Part shown: positions 61,253-64,000 of the stretch, one piece after another
Layout of the letters: each line of letters begins with the position of its first letter
Position numbering within the stretch: the first letter of the stretch is position 1
NCBI RefSeq assembly: GCF_036365525.1
Contig: NC_090396.1
Span: forward strand, 22,420,283-22,484,282
Length of the DNA: 64,000 nt
Origin: Heterodontus francisci
Taxonomy: Eukaryota
Direction of reading: 5' to 3'
Notes under the pieces: generated by a model
Seen by the model: the letters and a program-made list of their open reading frames with translations, nothing else
The model's database searches: none
What the model was told of the DNA's origin: nothing
Position numbers and translations under genes: made by a program

Positions 61253-61701
61253 GGAGATGGTGGCATAGTGGTAATGTCATGGAACTAGAAGCCCAGATTA
61301 ATGCCCTGGGGACAGGGGTTCACATTTCACCATAGCACCTGGAGGCATTTAGATTCAATTAGTTAATCAATCTGGTTAATTAAAAAAAATGTAAAATTAA
61401 AAGCTAGTTTCATTTTTTTTTTGTAAAAACCCATCTGGTTCACTAATGCCCTTTAGGGAAGGAAATTTACCATCCTCATCTGGTCTGGTCTACATGTAAC
61501 TCCATATCCTTAGCAATGTGGTTGACTTTTAACTGCCCTCTGAAATGGCCTCGCAAGCCACTTAGTTGTACCAAGCTGCTACGAAACAGACTGCAGCAGT
61601 TCAAGAAGGTGGCTCACCACAGTCTTCTCAAGGGAAATTTGGGATGGGCAACAAATACTGGCCTCGCAAGTGATACCCACATCCCACGACCAAATTAAAA
61701 A
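61253..61701 (+). mobile_element. tRNA-headed SINE with a family-B LINE tail (copy 1)
   Basis: Head ggtggcatagtggtaatgtca; core aaaacccatctggttcactaatgccctttagggaaggaaat; tail gggatgggcaacaaatactggcc. Confidence 0.75.
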
Positions 61702-61720
61702 ATGGCTCTATAGCAAGCTA

Positions 61721-62128
61721 GGGGAAGACAGTGGCATTGTGGTAATGTCACTGGATTGGTAATCCACAGGTTCAGCCCAAGGTCTTAGGGGCACAGGTTT
61801 AAATTCCACTACGGCAGCTGGTGGAATTTAAAATTAATTTTAAAAAATCTGGACTTGAAAGCTAGCCTTAATATTAGTGTCATGAAACTATCATTGATTG
61901 TCATAAAAACCTATCTGGTTCACTAATGTCCTTTAGGGAAGGAAATCTGCTGTCCTTACCTGGTCTGGCCGACATGTGACTCCAGACGCACAGCAATGTG
62001 GTTGACTCTTAACTGCCCTCTGAAATGGCTGAGCAAGCCACTCAGTTGTCAAGTGAAATTAGGGATGGGCAACAAATGCTGTTCTTGCCAGTGACAGCCA
62101 CATCCCATGAAAGAATTTAAAAAAAAAC
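61721..62128 (+). mobile_element. tRNA-headed SINE with a family-B LINE tail (copy 2, tandem)
   Basis: Same head, core and tail as 61253-61701. Confidence 0.78.
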
Positions 62129-62319
62129 TGATCTTAGCTGGGATGGCTGCAATTGCCTTTACAACTCTGGGTTGGTGAGGGAGGGAAGTTAGAGTTCTTG
62201 CTACTCTATACAATCCAGAGACTGCAGCACATATTTGGATGTGGTTGAGAACAGGTTCTGGTGGTGACGCCATGGCCCAATATCCTGAGAAACTAATTGT
62301 CTAGGCTGATGTGGACGTG

Positions 62320-62720
62320 GTCATTTTAAAATTCTCATCCTTGTTTTCAAATCTCTCCTTGTCTTCTCCCCTCCCTATCTCTCTAACCTCTTGCAGCCCT
62401 AAAACCCTCTGAGATGTCTGTGCTCGGCCAGTTCTGGCCTCTTGCGCATCCCCAGTTTTCATTTTCCATCATCTGTGACTGTGCCTTCAACTGCTTAAGC
62501 CTTAAGCTCTGGAATTGCCTCTGATTAAACCTCTCCAGCTCTCTACACCCCTCTCCTCCTTTAAGATGCTCCTTTAATCCTACCTCTTTTACCAAGTTTT
62601 TGGTCACCTATATCCCTTTATGTGGCTCAGTGTCAAACTTTGTCTGATTATATTCCTATGAAGCACCTTAAGATGTTTTAGTAAGTTCACAATTCTATAT
62701 AAATGCAGTTGTTGTTGCTG
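62320..62720 (+). mobile_element. L2-type LINE 3' part
   Basis: ttttaaaattctcatccttgttttcaaatc...ctatataaatgcagttgttgttg. Confidence 0.85.
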
Positions 62721-63282
62721 TCTGCTTTAGCTCAGCAGGTAGCAATCTTACCTGTGAGTCAGAAGATTCTGTGTTTAAGTAAAGCTTTGTGGTTCTATTC
62801 ATTTTTTTAAAAATCAGTTTCTTCTGATGTTCTGCATCAACTCTTTTATTCGTTCTATTCAGATTAGCTGTGATCACAAAGTTAAATATTCCTGAGTTGG
62901 GAAAGCTACTAAGTGGTTGAAGTGTTAAAATCCACGGGGTGTCCCATGTGCCTGCCTGGTTCTTCACAAGAACGTGGGATGTTCCCTTTGGAGACTGCTG
63001 AGTGACAATGCAGAAAGATAGTTAGAGAGGACTCTCTCTATGACAGGCTCAGAGAGACACTCAACATCTTTGTGATGTGTGAGAGGGTGACAGAGAAGGG
63101 ATAAGCATTTTAAAACCAACAAATGCACGGACAAATAAGGCATTTTGAAACAGAGGCTCCAAGAAAATCCAGCTGGAATATTCTGATTGAAGTCTCTTTT
63201 CTCCCTTCCCCCTTCTTCTCCTTCACCAAGCAACTGTCAACAGCCAGCTTTTTCCTTTTGTGGAAAGAAAAGCAAAGACTGA

Positions 63283-63617
63283 GTTATAGAGTGATACAAC
63301 ACTGAAACAGGCCCTTCGGCCCACTGAGTCTGTGCCAACCATCAACCACCCATTTATACTAATCCTGTATTAATCCCATTTTTCCCTCTCACATCCCCAC
63401 CTTCCCTCAATTCTCCTACCACCTACCTACACTCGGGGCAATTTTATTTTACAATGGCCAATTTACCTATCAACCCACAAGTCTTTGGCATGTGGGAGGA
63501 GCACCCAGAGGAAACCCACACACTCACAGGGAGAGCTTGCAAACTCCACACAGGCAGTACCCAGACCCGAGCCCGGGTTGCTGGAGCTGTGAGGCTGTGG
63601 TGCTAGCCACTGCGCCG
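63283..63617 (-). mobile_element. HE1-type V-SINE
   Basis: Reverse complement of the full HE1 structure. Confidence 0.88.
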
Positions 63618-63819
63618 TGTTAACTCATGTTGCACCTCTACACACAAGAGCCGTCTGTAAATTAACAGAGCAGAAGGTGGGGGTTGGTTGCCCGCTCACT
63701 GGTGAGTAGATCCCAGAGCACAAAGTAAGAATTGGTTTGAGGAAAATGGGAAGAATAAGTAAATAAAGACACCATTCTGTTAGAGCCAATATGCAGTATT
63801 ATCAAGGAATTGCAAGCTG

Positions 63820-64000
63820 TAATTTGTTGGCCTGGATAACTCCACTGCTCTTCTATGAAAAGTGCTATGAAATGCACCTAAGAGGGCAAACAGAGACTTG
63901 ATTTAATATCTTATCTGGAAGATGGCAGTACAGTGTTCCATTGCTACTACTGTATTGGAGTACTAGCTGTGATTAAGTATCTAGAGTAGGGTTTGAACCT
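63820..64000 (-). mobile_element. SacSINE1-like Deu-SINE, diverged, runs off the window
   Basis: actccactgctcttc...agagggcaaacagagacttgatttaatatcttatctggaagatggca. Confidence 0.55.

Overview
Repeat-dense vertebrate DNA, almost certainly from a cartilaginous fish (elasmobranch): it carries HE1/V-SINE and SacSINE1-like Deu-SINE copies and shark-type CR1 LINEs. I found no host protein-coding exon; nearly all listed ORFs are transposon remnants or antisense/low-complexity artefacts. Main contents: a decayed two-gene PIF/Harbinger transposon (~0.3-3.9 kb); many CR1, L2 and other CR1-group LINE fragments; a full-length decayed Ty1/copia element of the GalEa type (21088-27291) plus a solo LTR of the same family; two solo LTRs of another family with 4-bp TSDs; Harbinger- and hAT-type MITEs; and five Penelope-derived insertions, several with minimal hammerhead-ribozyme motifs, one a 98-bp-arm near-perfect palindrome. 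The top finding is an internally deleted LTR retroelement (41961-42531, 5-bp TSD TAAAT) that carries a MYC-family helix-loop-helix/leucine-zipper coding fragment just upstream of its polypurine tract and 3' LTR, with an E-box-centred palindrome in that LTR. This is an apparent capture of a myc proto-oncogene segment by a shark LTR element. All family assignments are by eye and recall, without database searches; boundaries lacking a TSD are approximate.
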